Source: Malacoraja senta (taxonomy: Eukaryota). Taken from it: a stretch of DNA of 64,000 nt. Of the stretch, positions 36,428 to 50,265 are shown in pieces. The position numbers and the translations under genes are program-made. Below the pieces are notes generated by a model. That model had not been told where the DNA came from, ran no database searches, and worked only from the letters and a program-made list of their open reading frames with translations. The stretch spans positions 1 to 64,000 of the forward strand of contig JAXLNO010000064.1 in NCBI GenBank assembly GCA_038087875.1, written 5' to 3'. Numbering within the stretch: position 1 is the first letter of the stretch; every line of letters begins with the position of its first letter.

Positions 36428-38616
36428 TACCTGTCCTATCCATGTACCTGTCTAACTGTTTCTTAAATGTTGGGATAGTCCCTGCCTCCACTACCTCCTC
36501 TGGCATCCTTTTGGTGACAAAAGAGACTTGATTGTTTATAACATTATGAGAGGTTTAGATCGGGTAGGCATTCGGAACATTTCTCCCAAGGTGGAAATGT
36601 TGCAATTTAGAGGACACAGCTTTAAGGTGAATGGGGAAAAGTTTATAAATGTGCAGGGCGATTTTTTAACATAGAGGGTGGCGGGTGTCTGGAACGCGCT
36701 GCCAGGGGTGGTGGTTGAGGTGGGTACAATAGTGGTATTTAAGAAGCTTTTGGATAGGCGCATGGATATGCAGGGAATGGAGGGATTTCGGATCATGTGC
36801 AGGCAAATGAGATTAGTTTATTTTGGCTTAGCTGAATCATGTATAGTCTTCACGTTGGCTGGTTAGCATGCAACAAAAGCTTCAATGTGACAATGTGGTA
36901 ATCAACTGTTCCTTTCCCTTCCTCATCACACTCACCTCCCATCATTGAGTCTCCCCATTTACCCACCTTCTTTTTCACTCTCCCCCCACCCCCTCCGCCC
37001 CCTTCCATCCATGTACCTCTCTCCAACGTTACACTTCACACCTCCTTTGCTCTCCTTATCTGACATCTTTTTGTCTTCTTTTCATCCCTTGTCTTTGAAA
37101 CATACCCCACCCACCTGCGAATCTTCCCCTCTCTCCCCTCACCTGCATTCACTTATCACTTGCCAGGCGTTGTCCCACCCCACTACTCCAATCAGTCTGA
37201 AGCAGGATCCCCGCCCGAAACGTTGCCTGCCCATTCCCCACCACAGATGCTGCCCGTCCCATTGAGTTTCTCCAGCATTTTGTGCTTTGCTCAAGATTCC
37301 AACATCTGCAGTTCCTCGTGTCAGCCTTATCCAGTGTTATATTCCATGATTCTTTGATCTGACAGCACCCTTGCCGTCGCCTCTTCTCCGCTGAAGGACA
37401 ATTCTGTTTACAAAAGAAGGCTTCACTTCCAACACCCAATTTCCATCCACCCCATTACTATTAAAACACAAAATACATGCTCTAACACCAGGATAAGCGC
37501 TCAACACAGAAAACCAAGCCCAAAGTAGTATCTAAACCACCTATACACACTTATGCTGCAGTACAATAACTAACTCAATACGCAATAATAAGCCATGTAC
37601 ATGTTAATAAGAACAGAACAAACTAGGGGTGTAGATGCCAGTATATAATTGGGGTTATCCAGTGGGCACCTCCCTTCACTGGTGGTTCGTTGAGTTAGGC
37701 CCACGACACCTTGGGAAGGCTCACCAGTTAGTTCTGGGGTCCCGGAACCACCCCCCTCAATTCCTGCTCTCACCGGCAACGCTACCCAGTATCCACTAAA
37801 TAAATCCCAGAAGTGTCAAAGCAAGAAGCTAAGTCGAGCAATAGTCTGGGCACTGTGCAGTGTTCTCACCGACACTTTTCAAGGGCCGTAATTCTCCGAA
37901 ACAACTTGTGAAATGGCTGGTGAATGATTACATCTCAAACAGAAATTGGAGCTCCTGAGCCAAACCTCATGAATCCACATCCAGTCTCCTGCAATAAAAA
38001 TTCCAACCTGATGGGTTGGCTGGGGGCCTAATCACACAGAGAGAAGGGAGAAACTGAGACACGATGGCTGGGAATCACGCTTACACCAAGTCCAAATCAG
38101 CGGACTTTAATTGGAGGACAATTGTCAATTTACTCCGTTACTCTATGAGCATTTACAACATTTGATATAATTTTAGCACTGGCCCAGTACAACGTGTAAA
38201 CAAATTATTTTTACTTCAATGGCCGTGTGTTGTCAGTACCAACAGCTCACAGTGAAGTGTTACATAGTTTTGAGGCTGGACTTGATTTGGGGAAATATTA
38301 TACATGTAAATATTTTTTCTAAAAGCAAGAAGTTACAATGTTTAATTGGGTCGTCTTGGCCGTCGGAGCTGGCTGTGAACAATGACCCACGCAGAAGCTA
38401 GAGAGAGCAATCTGTCCACCTCAATTATGGTGATAAATGTTATTCTTGCTTCCAAATATGCTTCTGAACTGATCGCTCTGCCCCGACAAATCACTAGTTA
38501 CTGTGTAAGGAGAGGTTCCAGGTTAGATCCATGGATGAGCCCAATGAGCAGGTGAATAGAAAGGGTCTCGACCCGAAACGTCACCCATTCCTTCTCTCTA
38601 GAGATGCTGCCGGTCT

Positions 38617-38937
38617 TAGTTTAGTTTAGCTTAGAAATACAGCGCGGAAACAGGCCCACTCGGCCCACCGGGTCAGCGCCGACCAGCGATCCCCACATAT
38701 TAACACTATTCTACACACACTAGGGACAATTTTTACATTTACCAAGCCAATTAAACTACAAACCTGTACGTCTTTGGAGTGTGGGAGGAAACCGAAGATC
38801 TGGGAGAAAACCCACGCAGGTCACGGGGAGAACGTACAAACTCCGTACAGACAGCACCCGCAGTCGGGATCGAACCTGGGTCTCCGGCGCTGCATTCGCT
38901 GTAATACAGCAACTCTACTGCTGCACCACTGTGCTGC
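38617..38937 (-). mobile_element. HE1-like SINE inserted in a Penelope pLTR
   Basis: pLTR text GATGCTGCC...GTCCTGCTGAGTTACTCC is split by the SINE. Confidence 0.85.
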
Positions 38938-39269
38938 CCTGTCCTGCTGAGTTACTCCAGCATTTTGTGTCTATCTTAGGGGAATATGAGCAGCTGATTT
39001 GAAAGAGCCTGCATAAACTTGAAGGGATCAATGGCTTTTTTCAATGTTTTGTTCTATAAGTAGGAATGGTTACAAGGTTAGGTATGGTCAGAATCTACCA
39101 TTGGATTCACTTGTCCCTAGACTTGGGAGGTGAACGATCACCACCTTCTCAATCTCTAGTTAATGTCTCTAGTTAATGGTCCACTAACTAATTCTAGTTA
39201 GTGGAAAGAAAGGAAGAAGACTTTGCCGAATCATTAGGGTTATTGAAATAGTGGATGAGATAAAACATA

Positions 39270-39809
39270 AAAGGGCTGTCCCACTTGGGCGACCTAATCC
39301 GCGAGTTCTGGCGAGTTTGCCCTCGACTCATACTCGCAGCATGGTCGACACGAGGTCGTAGGAGGTCTTCGTAACTCTCCTTTATGCTCGAGAGTGGTCT
39401 CCACGTACTCGAGGCCTCAGCTAGGTCGCGGCGTTTTTTTCAATACGTTGAAAAATGCCCGCGAGTAAAAAAGGTCGCCATGGAAAAAATCGATACTTTT
39501 TTTACTCGTAGGTTTAGTCGTAGTAGGGCGTAGTAGGTCGGCACGTTAGTCGTAGGTAATCAAGGGTAGTCGAAGATAGTCGAAGGTAGTCATAGATAGT
39601 CTTCATCATAGTCGAAGGGAGGTCGAAGGGAGGTCGAAGAAGATCGAAGGAGGTCGTCTTCACTCTCCACTATTCGGTCCAATTTTCCCGAAGTTAGTCA
39701 TAGTTAGTCGAAGTGGATCTTCAACATAGTCGAAGGAGGTCTTCAACATGTCATTTTTTCAAACTCTTCTAAACTCGCCAATAAGGTCGCCCAAGTGGGA
39801 CAGCCCCTT
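39270..39809. mobile_element. MITE with GGGCTGTCCCACTTGGGCGACC TIRs
   Basis: TIRs AAAGGGCTGTCCCACTTGGGCGACCT / AGGTCGCCCAAGTGGGACAGCCCCTT with TA flanks; same family as 27649-28192. Confidence 0.85.
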
Positions 39810-40831
39810 TAGTGCTGAAGTGGTAAATATGGGTCTGATGAATTTTAGGTAAATGAAGTAAGCTAAATTATTTCAATCCTCAGTGCATAAACAAATTATT
39901 GCAGAAGCTGGTTAATACACAAAAGGACACAAAGTGCTGGAGTAACTCAGCGGGTCAGGTAGCATCTCTGGAGAACATGAATAGGTGTTGTTTCAGGTCG
40001 AGACCTCTTCAGTCAGAAGAAGGGTCTCGATCTGAAACGTCACCCATCCAGTGATACTGCCTGACCCGCTGAGTTACTCCAACACTTTATGTCCTATTTC
40101 TTTCAATCCTCCTTTGATACAAGATGATGACAAAAAGATATTGCAACCTTGCCCAAAATAAGGGAATATGAACTCGCCAGCCAGTTTAATGTTGGTGATG
40201 CTTACAGGAAGAATAATATTTAAATAGCATTTAAAGCAAGGTAAAGCTGATGAATGAGAGATGGCACTGATTAGTTCACAGCAAGTTCTGTCTAACTAAC
40301 TTTATTGAGTTTGCCAATCAGGTAAGAAGGAGAATGGATGAGGGTGTCACAGCTGATGTGTACATGGAGTGCTCAAAAGAGCATTTGGTGAAATGAAACA
40401 AATCAAATTGGCTTAGTAAATGTAAAAATTGTCCCCAGTGGGTGTAGGATAGTGTTAATGTGCGGGGATCGCTGGTCGGCGCGGACCCAGTGGGCCGAAG
40501 GGCCTGTTTCCGTGCTGTATCTCTAAACTAAACTAAGCTTTTAACAACGTTAAAATGTGGGTAAAAGGAGGCAGAGGAGTCGAGATAAAAAAATACACCA
40601 GTGGGCATGTAAGAATAAATTAGATATCTCTGGTCTGGAAGGATAGATACAATGCTTTTTTTTTATTGTGATGATGCTGGCACCACTAAAACATTAAAAA
40701 CTTGATTTTCTGATTTTTAGAATTTTTAATATTACAAAAAGATTACTAAAGTTTGAATCATAAAATGTATTCATTAAATTAGTTGGTCAGGCCCATATAT
40801 AACTTAAGCAGCTTCTAGTACATAGACACCA

Positions 40832-41212
40832 TGTACTCGCTGGAGTTTAGAGGATGAGGGGGAACCTCAGTGAAACCTTACGGATAGTGAAAGGCCTGGA
40901 TAGAGTGCGTGTGGAGAGGATGTTTCCAGTAATGGAAGAGTCTAGGACTAGAGGCCACAGCCTCAAAATAAAAGGATGTACCGCTAGAATGGAAATTAGG
41001 AGGAATTTCTTTAGCCAGAGGGTGGTGAATCTGTGGAATTCATTGACACAGACGGCTGTGGAAGCCAAGTCATTCGGTATTTTTAAAGCGGAGTTTGATA
41101 GGTTTTTAATTAATAAGGGTGCCAAAGGTTACGGGGAGAAGGCAGGAGAATGGGGTTGAGAACAAAAACTAAATCAGCCATGATGGAATGGCAGAGCAGA
41201 CTCGATGGGTCG
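40832..41212 (+). mobile_element. CR1-clade LINE 3' fragment
   Basis: ORF 40854-41159 encodes MRGNLSETLRIVKGLDRV..GYGEKAGEWG. Confidence 0.9.
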
Positions 41213-41317
41213 AGTTTAGGATTTAGGATTATGTTTATTATTGTCACCTGTGCTGAGGTACAGTGTGAAGCTTTGCCTTGCATGCTATCCAAAGAGAACA
41301 GATATACCACACATAAA

Positions 41318-41907
41318 GTATAAAGTATAAAGTATCCTTTATTGTCATTCAAACTTTTAGTTTGAACGAAATTTCGTGCCTTGCAGTCATGGCAGGGAAT
41401 AAAATAACAGAGCACACACTTAACACAGTTTAACATCCACCACAGTGAGTCTACCAGACACCTCCTCACTGTGATGGAAGGCAAAAGTCTTAAAGTCCTT
41501 GTCTCTTCCCTCCTTGTTCTCCCTCTGCGTTGAGGCGATCCAGGCTTTCGATGTTGGGCCCCCCGCCGGGTGATGGTAAGTCCCGCGGCCGAATCCGAGC
41601 TCCGCGAACGGGCCCGGTTCAAACTCCGCGGCCCGGGGCGGACGAAGCTGCCACCCTCCAGTCCAGCGGACGAAGCTGTTGTTGCGGGAGCTCCGGAGAA
41701 TCGGTCACCAACCTGGGACCTGCGAGCTCCCGACGTTGTCATCCACTGGGCCCACGGCCGAAGCCTCCGAGGCTCCGAAGTCGGGCCGCCGCCGCCGCGC
41801 CGCCACAGCCCCCGAAGCCGGCCAGCTTCGCGATGGTGAGTCCTGGCTCTGCCTCTGGAGCCTCGAGGTCGGTCCCAGTGCCGTCAAACGCTCATCATAG
41901 ATGAGAT
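41318..41907 (-). mobile_element. GC-rich non-autonomous retroelement, 5'-truncated
   Basis: Shared AAGACTTTTGCCTTCCATCACAGTGAG hairpin module and GAATGACAATAAA tail; possible TSD CATAAA. Confidence 0.7.
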
Positions 41908-42104
41908 CATAAATACAATCAAGTCAAACTCAAGTGCAATAGACAGAGGAAAGGGGAAGATACAGAGTGCAGAATATAGTTCTCAGCATTGTAGCGCACC
42001 AGTTCCATACTCATGGTGTTGGTGGAGGCGGCTGCCGGAGACCCTACAGTGCTTGGTTGAGTGAGTGGATCATGCACAGAGTTGTTGGGGACAAGATCCT
42101 AGGT

Positions 42105-43052
42105 ACGAGTGTGTTAACCTATGATGAGCGTTTGACGGCACTGGGCCTTTTACTCGCTGGAGTTTAGAAGAATGAGGGGGAGGGGACCTCTAATACGTAC
42201 AGAATAGTGAAAGGCTTGGATAGACTGGATGTGGAGAGATGTTTCCACTAGTGGGAGAGTCTAGGACCAGAGGTCACAGCCTCAGAATTAAAGGACTACC
42301 TTTAGGAAAGAGATGTGGAGGAATTTCTTTAGTCCGAGGGTGGTGAATCTGTGGAATGCTTTGCCACAGAAGGCCATGGAGGCCAAGTCAATGGATATTT
42401 TAAAGGCAGAGAGATAGATTCTTGATTAGTACAGGTGCCAGGGATTATGGGGAGAAGGCAGGAGACTGTGGTTAGGAGGGAGAGATAGATCAGCCATGAT
42501 TGAATGGTGGAATAGACATGATGGGTCGAATGGGCTAATTCTGCTCCTATCACTTATGACCTTATGACCTTATTACATGCCGAACTTCCTAAGCTTCTAA
42601 GGAAGTAGGGTTGTTGGTGTGCTTTCTTGGCCATTACTTCGAATATGGCTTGTCCAGGACAAATTGCAGGTGATATTTACCCCTGAGAATGGTAAAATGT
42701 AACGGATACCATAGATAAAGGTGAATGCCTATAGAAGCCACAGCAACAATGTAATGGATGAATAAGATCTAGCCTGTCCACCAAGAAGGTGGAAACAGAT
42801 GTTATAATCGCTTAATAGTTGGGGAATCGTGTGAATAATTAAGGAAGCTTAGGTCAGCAAGTGGGGATATTTCAATGGATATTTTTAAAGCAGAGATAGA
42901 TAGATTCTTGATTAGTACGTGTGTTAGGGGTTATGGGAAGAAGGGAGAATGGGATTTGGAGGGAGAGATAGATCAGCCATGAATGAATGGTGGAGTAGGC
43001 TTGATGGGCCAAAAGGCCTAATTCTGCTCCTATCACTTCTGACCTTCTGACC
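42105..43052 (+). mobile_element. Two CR1-clade 3' fragments with intervening decayed LINE sequence
   Basis: TYDERLTALG..LEFRRMRG and the family 3' UTR ending GACCTTATGACC. Confidence 0.8.
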
Positions 43053-43228
43053 AATGAGTGACTCTTCGGATATTATGTAAAAAGAAGTCATGGACTGGTG
43101 TGTAGGAAGGAACTGCAGATGCTGGTTTAAACCTAAGACACAAAAAGCTGGAGTAACTCAGCGGGACAGGCAGCATCTCTGGAGAAAAGGGATGGGTGAC
43201 GATTCGGGTCGAGACCCTTCTTCAGCCT

Positions 43229-43537
43229 GGTTTAGTTTAGTTTAGGGATACAGTGTGGAAATAGGACCTTCGGCCCACCGAGTCTGCGCCGACCAGCAAT
43301 CCCGGCACACGAACACTATCTGACACACACTAGGGACAATTTTACATTTATACCGAGGCAATTAACCTACAAACCTGTACATCTTTGGAGTGTGGGAGGA
43401 AACCAAAGATCTGGGAGAAAACCCAACCAGGTCACGGGGAGAACGTACAAACTCCGTACAGACAGCACCCGTGGTCAGGATCAATCCCGGGTCCCTGGCG
43501 CTGTAAGGCAACAACTCTACCGCTGCGCCACCATGCA
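43229..43537 (-). mobile_element. HE1-like SINE
   Basis: Reverse complement of the SINE consensus. Confidence 0.85.
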
Positions 43538-44450
43538 GCCCTGATTGTTGACCAAAATATCTTTCCTAGATCTTTAGACCCTGCATATCTGGCTCTCGAT
43601 CTTACGAAGCTCGACTTCTCAGAGCCAACACACACAACAGAAGACTCGATAGTTTCTTAGTTCCACAAAAGCTACAAAATCTTATCATATACAAAACAGA
43701 TTTATTGGAATAATAAAGGGAAAATATTAGTTATTTTATCCCCCAAAAAAAGTATTATCATTTCATTCTTTTTGGACAAATGAAACCATATTAATGGTTT
43801 CGAGATGCTTACGACAGTCTCCACTGAGTAATATTTTAATGGTAAGAAATGAGCTGCTCCAAGCGAATCTTGATAAATGTTATTACTATCATGCCAAGGA
43901 ATGCGATGGCTGGATCAAGATTTTGCTAGAATCGGGATTTTTATGAGATCGGAGAGAATGGATGTGTTTATCTTTTGGATGAGGATCACCAAAACATTAT
44001 GAGTGGAATTAAATGGAATGAAAGAACTGGATCAGAATTAAATGGCACAAGATGTCTCGAGAGATGTCATAGCCTATAACTAAGGCCTCTAAATAAACAC
44101 AAGCAAGTTCCCCTCTGTGATTCCTGTTGCTCTCCCCTTCACCTACATCCACCTGTAACCTGTCACGCTTCTCACCACCCGCCCCCCAATTAATTTCAAT
44201 GAATCACAGAAGGGTCTCAACCTGAAACGTCACCCATTCCTTCTCTCCAGAGATGCTGCCTGTCCCGTTGCGTTACTCCAGCATTTTGTGTCGATCTTCG
44301 ATTGAAGCCAGCATCTGCAGTTCTTTCCTGCCCATTCATCGACACTCTATTGTCACGTGTACAGTGAATGCAGCATGCAGCACACAAGGTACACAAAGAG
44401 TCGCCACCTTTCTGGTGCCGAGAAAGTCACAAAAGTACTCATTAGACTTT

Positions 44451-44511
44451 GGCCCTCTTGTTGGACCCTCTTGTTGGACCCTCCTGTTGGACCCTCTTGT
44501 TGGACCCTCTT
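44451..44511 (+). repeat. 13-bp minisatellite (GGACCCTCTTGTT), about 4.5 copies
   Basis: Tandem copies visible. Confidence 0.9.
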
Positions 44512-44860
44512 CTCTCTTGGCGGTACACCCCCCCCCCCCCCCCGCCCCCCGCCCTCCACCAGGTCCCTCGTCATTCTTGGTGGCGCACCCTCCCACCGCC
44601 TCTCTGCAGCCCGTCCTTGGCTGGCCACCTTGTCCCACCTCTCACACAACTCCGCAGCACTCGCCGGTACCTTCGTTCCTCCCTTAGAAAGGGTTTTGAC
44701 CTAAAACGTCACCCATCCATGTTCTCAAGAGACGCTGCCTGCCCCGCTGAGTTACTCGGGCTTTTTACAGCCTCCTTCATCGATCCTGTGCCACCTCCGC
44801 AGTTATCCCTGACTTTACTGTCGGGACTTACAGAATTTTCAATTGCTAAGTCCTTAGAAA

Positions 44861-45756
44861 TTGCGGACGACACAACCCTGATTGGACTGATCCAGGATGG
44901 GGAGGAATCTGCCTACAGACAGGAAGTGACACAGCTGGCGTCCTGGTGCCGTGGCAACAACCTAGAGCTCAATGCTCTTAAGACAGTGGAATTGATTGTA
45001 GACTTTTGGAGAGCTCCCCCTCCCCTCACCCCACTCACCATCAACAACACCACACTCACATCTGTGGAGTCATTTAAGTTCCTGGGAACCATCATCTCCA
45101 AGGACCTTAAGTGGGGGGCCACCATCGACTTCACAGTCAAAAAGGCACAACAGAGGATGTACTTCCTGCGGCAGCTGAGGAAGCACAATCTGCCACAGGC
45201 AATGATGGTTCAATTCTACACAGCCATCGTAGAGTCTGTTCTCACCTTCTCCATCATGGTCTGGTTTGGCTCAGCCACCAAGCACGACACCTGGAGGCTG
45301 CAGCGAATCGTCCGATCAGCAGAGAAGATTATTGGCTGCAACCTTCCCTCCATTGATGAACTGTACACTGCAAGGGCCAGGAAGCGAGCGGGCAAGATCA
45401 TCTCTGACCCCTCTTACCCTGGCCACAAACTCTTTGAATCACTTCCCTCTGGAAGGCGACTCCGGACTGTCAAAGCTGCCACAGCCAGACATAAAAACAA
45501 TTTTTATCCACGAGTAGTTGTTCCACTCAACAGCCAAAAATCTGTAGCCTCCCTTTGATCTGGTATTTTGTTGGTTCACATGCTTGATCAATGGTATTTT
45601 ATCATTAATGTCTTATTATTATTATTATTAATGTTTAGTGTTTTCTGAGTCATTCGTAACTGTCACCGTATGTCATGTTGTTATTTATGGGTGGAGCACC
45701 AAGGCAAATTCCTTGTATGTGAATACTTGGCCAATAAACTTACTTACTTACTTACT
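44861..45756 (+). mobile_element. Young Rex1/Babar-like LINE 3' fragment
   Basis: Open frame ADDTTLIGLI..WCRGNNLELNALKTVELIVDF..KKAQQRMYFLRQL..LPSGRRLR; 3' UTR ending CAATAAA followed by (CTTA)n. Confidence 0.9.
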
Positions 45757-48700
45757 TTAGTGTCTGCAGTTCTTACTGCTTCTATGTAAGATCATGATTG
45801 TTAATTAGATGTTTTCACTGATGTGATACCAAGGCCTCACATTACGAGCAAGTCCACAGCCCAGTTTTAGGCTAAGTTGGAAAATCATAGTTTGGATCAG
45901 TGTGGGAGCCGTAACAATGGCTTAAACTGGTTTGGGAGATAAAATCCATGTTCCCACAAGTGATCACAAGAGAAAAATTATTTGAGGTTGTTGTCCGACA
46001 TATTGGGTTCCTCCAGCGTTTTGTTTTTTTTGCCCAAGATTCCTGCACTTGCAGTTCCTTGTATCTCTATTAGTGGAGGTGAAAGTGGCAATGATTCACA
46101 GGCCTGATAGTATTGTTTAAATACACTTTGAAAGTCTGTCAAATCAGAGGAGCTGATTAGCCTGGGCATATAGAACCTTACCACAACATATCTCAAAGAT
46201 AGACGCATCAAGTTGGAGTAACTCAGTGGGACAGGCAGCATCACTGGAGAGAAGGAATGGGTAACGTTTCGTGTCGAGACCCTTATTCAGACACATTATT
46301 TTTAGGAAGTAAGACTGAAGTGTAGCATGGGTGGGTGGTGAAGGAAAGGTGAGAGATGGATTATGAAAGTGTATGAGTGATAAGGACTGAAACAATATTG
46401 CTAATGGTTTAGATAAGAGGGAGGAATGACACAAAATGTTGGAGTAAGACAGGCAGCATCTCTGGATAGAAGGAATGGGTGACGTTTCGGGTCGAGACCC
46501 TTCTTCAGACTGTAAGAGGGAAGTTGCTTGCATGAACAAAGTAGAATGTTGACCAAAAGAACATGTAAGGATATTACTTTTACTTGGGGAATAGTTAGGA
46601 TCGGAAATTTCCTACAATTAAACAGTGTCTTCCAAAGAGAGTAAAACACAAACTGCTGGAGCAACTATGATGGTAGACAAAAATGTTGGAGAAACTCAGC
46701 GGGTGAGGCAGCATCTACGGACCGAAGGAATAGACAACGTTTTGGGTCGAGATCCTTCTTCAGATTGATGTGAACTATGAGCAACTATGAATGTCAGGCA
46801 GCATCTGTGAAGGGAATGGATAGGCAGCATTTTAGGTCGGGACTCGGTCTGAAGAAGGGTGGCTACTAGAAACCGTCGCCTGTCCATTCCTACGACAGAC
46901 ACTGCCTGACCCGCTGTTACTCCAGCACCTTGTGTTTTACTCAAGATTCCAGCATCTGCAGTTCCTTGTGGGTAAGCAACTGGGAGATAGACTCAGCGGG
47001 TCAGACAGCTTCTCTGGAGGAAAGGAATAGGTGACCCTTCCAACACATAGCAACCAGGAGAGTAGTTTGTAAGGCTACGGTGAACAAAAGTGAGCGGGTT
47101 AGGAACAATGAGATTAGTTTGCTGGGAACTAGCATAGTAGATGTCCTGGAACTCCTGTCCATTAACAAGTCCTTTGTGATTCTATGGCTAGGGTCTGATC
47201 ACGGGTTTAACTGACGGGATAAGGCAAAATCTAGTTGTACCAGGAAATATCAGGACTTTTTTTTACCTGGAATCACATGTTGTGTTCACAATCACTTCTT
47301 TCTACAAAATCTATAAAAACAATGATCAACAATTCTGATAACCGAAAGTAGACACGAGGAACAGCAGATGCTGAAATCTTCACTGGGACACAAAGTGCTG
47401 GAGTAACTCAACTGGTCATGCAGCATCTCTGGAGAACATGGAGAGGTGACGTTTTGGGTCGGGACTCTTTTTGCTGTCTGACCCGCTGGGTTACTCTATC
47501 ACTTTGTGTCTTTTTCTTCCAGTAAACCAGCATCTGCAGATCCTTGTCTCTGCATTAAATCAGCTGTCAGTTCCACTCACGATCTCTATCAGAATGAACC
47601 TGAATCAACATAATCTCTATGAGTAGATCTTAGCTTTAATGACCTGCCTGATGGCACCTGTCAAAGTGTGGGATGGATTTACTGCCAGATGGAGCATGGA
47701 TCACAGTGCATCATTGAAGAACTGGCTTGTCACAAGGCACAGGATAGACTGCCCATTGAACAGATCTGGCACAAGCTATGGCAGGGATCCAACACAAACC
47801 ATGAAATCAATTACCTCCAAATGAAGCTTGAATTTTTTAGTTTATTTTAATCTTTGGTGCAGTTCAGCGACATTTCTTTGGTTATTATTTTTGGCAAAAT
47901 TAGATATTTTTCACGGCTTAAGAAAATTAGCCAAATGCATCAACTTTAAGTTTCAGCAACAAATTTCATCTAAATTAATAATGAAGGCAGCCACAAGGAA
48001 CTGCAGATGCTGGAATCTTGAATAAAAGTCAATGTGCTGGAGTTGTCCCAGTCGGTCAGGCAGCATCTGTGCAGTGAATGGACAATACCTTCACATTCCG
48101 AGTTGTTCATTGCGTGCCAGGTTCTTATCTCAAAAAATAAATCTGGTTCATCAGAGGGATCATCAAGCCAAGATGTTCCTTCCTCCACAGATGCTGCCTG
48201 ACCCGTTGCGTTACTCCAGCACTTTGTATCATTTTTTGTGAACCAGCATCTGCAGTTCCTTGTTCCTACTCTTGTTGAATGCTTCTAGAATTTGCTATTT
48301 TTATTTCAGGTTTCCACCAGCTGCAGGTTATTAAAAATTTTCGATCATGTTTTTTTCGTTGATTTATTGATGCCAGGAAAAGTGACGTGGATATTTGTAT
48401 TGAACAATAGCTGATAGGAGCTGAGGGTTCCAGGTTTGTTGCGGTTTGTTATTGATTCCAGTCAGCTATCCACTCTTCCTGATGCTATCTGTTGCCTGCG
48501 CTGATTTGTTCCAGCGTTTTCTCGTCTCCAGTTAATTTCCTCCAGAGTGCTCCAGAGACGCTGTCTGTCCCGCTGAGTTACTCCAGCTTTGTGAGTCTAT
48601 CTTTGGTATAAACCAGCATCTGCAGTTCCTCCCTACACACATACGGGCATTATCTACACTCTTGGAATCCATTGGAAGGTGGAGGGCGAATATCGCCAAG

Positions 48701-48823
48701 AGAACACGAGAATGGACAATCAATGGGGGCACCAAAGATAGACACAAAAAGCTGGAGTAACTCAGCGGGCCAGGCAACGTCTCTGGAGAAAAGGAATGGG
48801 TGACGTTTCGGGTCAAGGCCCTT

Positions 48824-49386
48824 CGGACGACATAACCCTGATTGGACTGATCCAGGCTGGGGGAAGAATCTGCCTACAGACAGGAAGTGACACAGCTGGT
48901 GTCCTGGTGCCATCGCAACAACCTGGAGCTCAATGCTCTTAAGACAGTGGAATTGATTGTAGACTTTAGGAGAGCTCCCCCTCCCCTCACCCCACTCACC
49001 ATCAACAACACCACAGTCACATCTGTGGAATCATTTAAGTTCCTTGGAACCATCATCTCCAAGGACCTTAAATGGGGGGCTACCATCGACTCCACAGTCA
49101 AAAAGGCCCAACAGAGGATGTACTTCCTGCGGCAGCTGAGGAAACACAATCTGCCACAGGCAATGATGGTCCAGTTTTATACGGCCATCATAGAGACTGT
49201 CCACACCTTCTCCATCATGGTCTAGTTGGCTCAGCCACCAAGCACGACATCCGGAGGCTGCAGCGCATCGTTCGATCAGCTGAGAAGGTTGTTGGCTGCA
49301 ACCTTCCCTCCATTGACGAACTCTACACTGCCAGGGCCAGGAAGCGAGTGGGTAAGATCATCTCTGACCCCTCTCACCCTGGCCTC
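48824..49386 (+). mobile_element. Second Rex1/Babar-like copy running into a gap
   Basis: Nearly identical to 44864-45425, with small indels. Confidence 0.9.
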
Positions 49387-49586
49387 NNNNNNNNNNNNNN
49401 NNNNNNNNNNNNNNNNNNNNNNNNNNNNNNNNNNNNNNNNNNNNNNNNNNNNNNNNNNNNNNNNNNNNNNNNNNNNNNNNNNNNNNNNNNNNNNNNNNNN
49501 NNNNNNNNNNNNNNNNNNNNNNNNNNNNNNNNNNNNNNNNNNNNNNNNNNNNNNNNNNNNNNNNNNNNNNNNNNNNNNNNNNNNNN
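49387..49586. other. Assembly gap (200 N)
   Basis: Run of N. Confidence 1.
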
Positions 49587-49934
49587 GAATGCCTTTTATT
49601 GTCATTCAAACAACATTCAAACAAAACTCTGTGCTTCAATCATTGCATATAATCCACCCAAAATAACAACTGACCAAAGACCCCACGTGGATGTATAGTT
49701 GCAAAGTGTGATTTCCAGAATGCTCTCATTTAAAAGTAGTCCTGCTAATTAGCCAATTGCTAATGATTTGCCCTGTTTCCTTGACACACTGTATAGCGAT
49801 TTGTTTTAAATCATCCTGTCAAACTTCATCAGTTTGTAGTAGGTTCCTGACACAAAATGTCACCCTTCCCAGATGCTGCCTGATATGTTGAGTTCCTCCA
49901 GCACTTTATGTTTTGCTGTTTGCATCTAGTTTGG

Positions 49935-50265
49935 GTGTGGCACAGTGGCGCAGCGGTAGAGTCGCTGTCTCACAGCGCCAGAGACCCAAGTTCGCTCTTG
50001 ACTATGGGTGGCGTTTGTATGGAGTTTGTACGTTCTCCCGTTGACCACATGGATTTTCTCCGGATGCTCCGGTTTCCTCCCATATCCCAAAGACGTGCAG
50101 GTTTGTAGGTTAATTTGCTTCTGTAAATTGTTCCTAGTGTGTAGGGACTGGAAAGTGGAATAATATAGAACTAGTGTGAATGGGTCACTGATGGTCAGCG
50201 TGGTCAGCATGGGCTCAGTGGGCCAAAGGGCCTATTTCAACGCTGTATCTCTAAACTAAACTAAA
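49935..50265 (+). mobile_element. HE1-like SINE
   Basis: Head, core and (CTAAA)n tail. Confidence 0.85.

Noticed and set aside
44449..45558. 369-aa ORF as a host gene
   Set aside because: Chance read-through of minisatellite and pLTR sequence into a Rex1 RT fragment.
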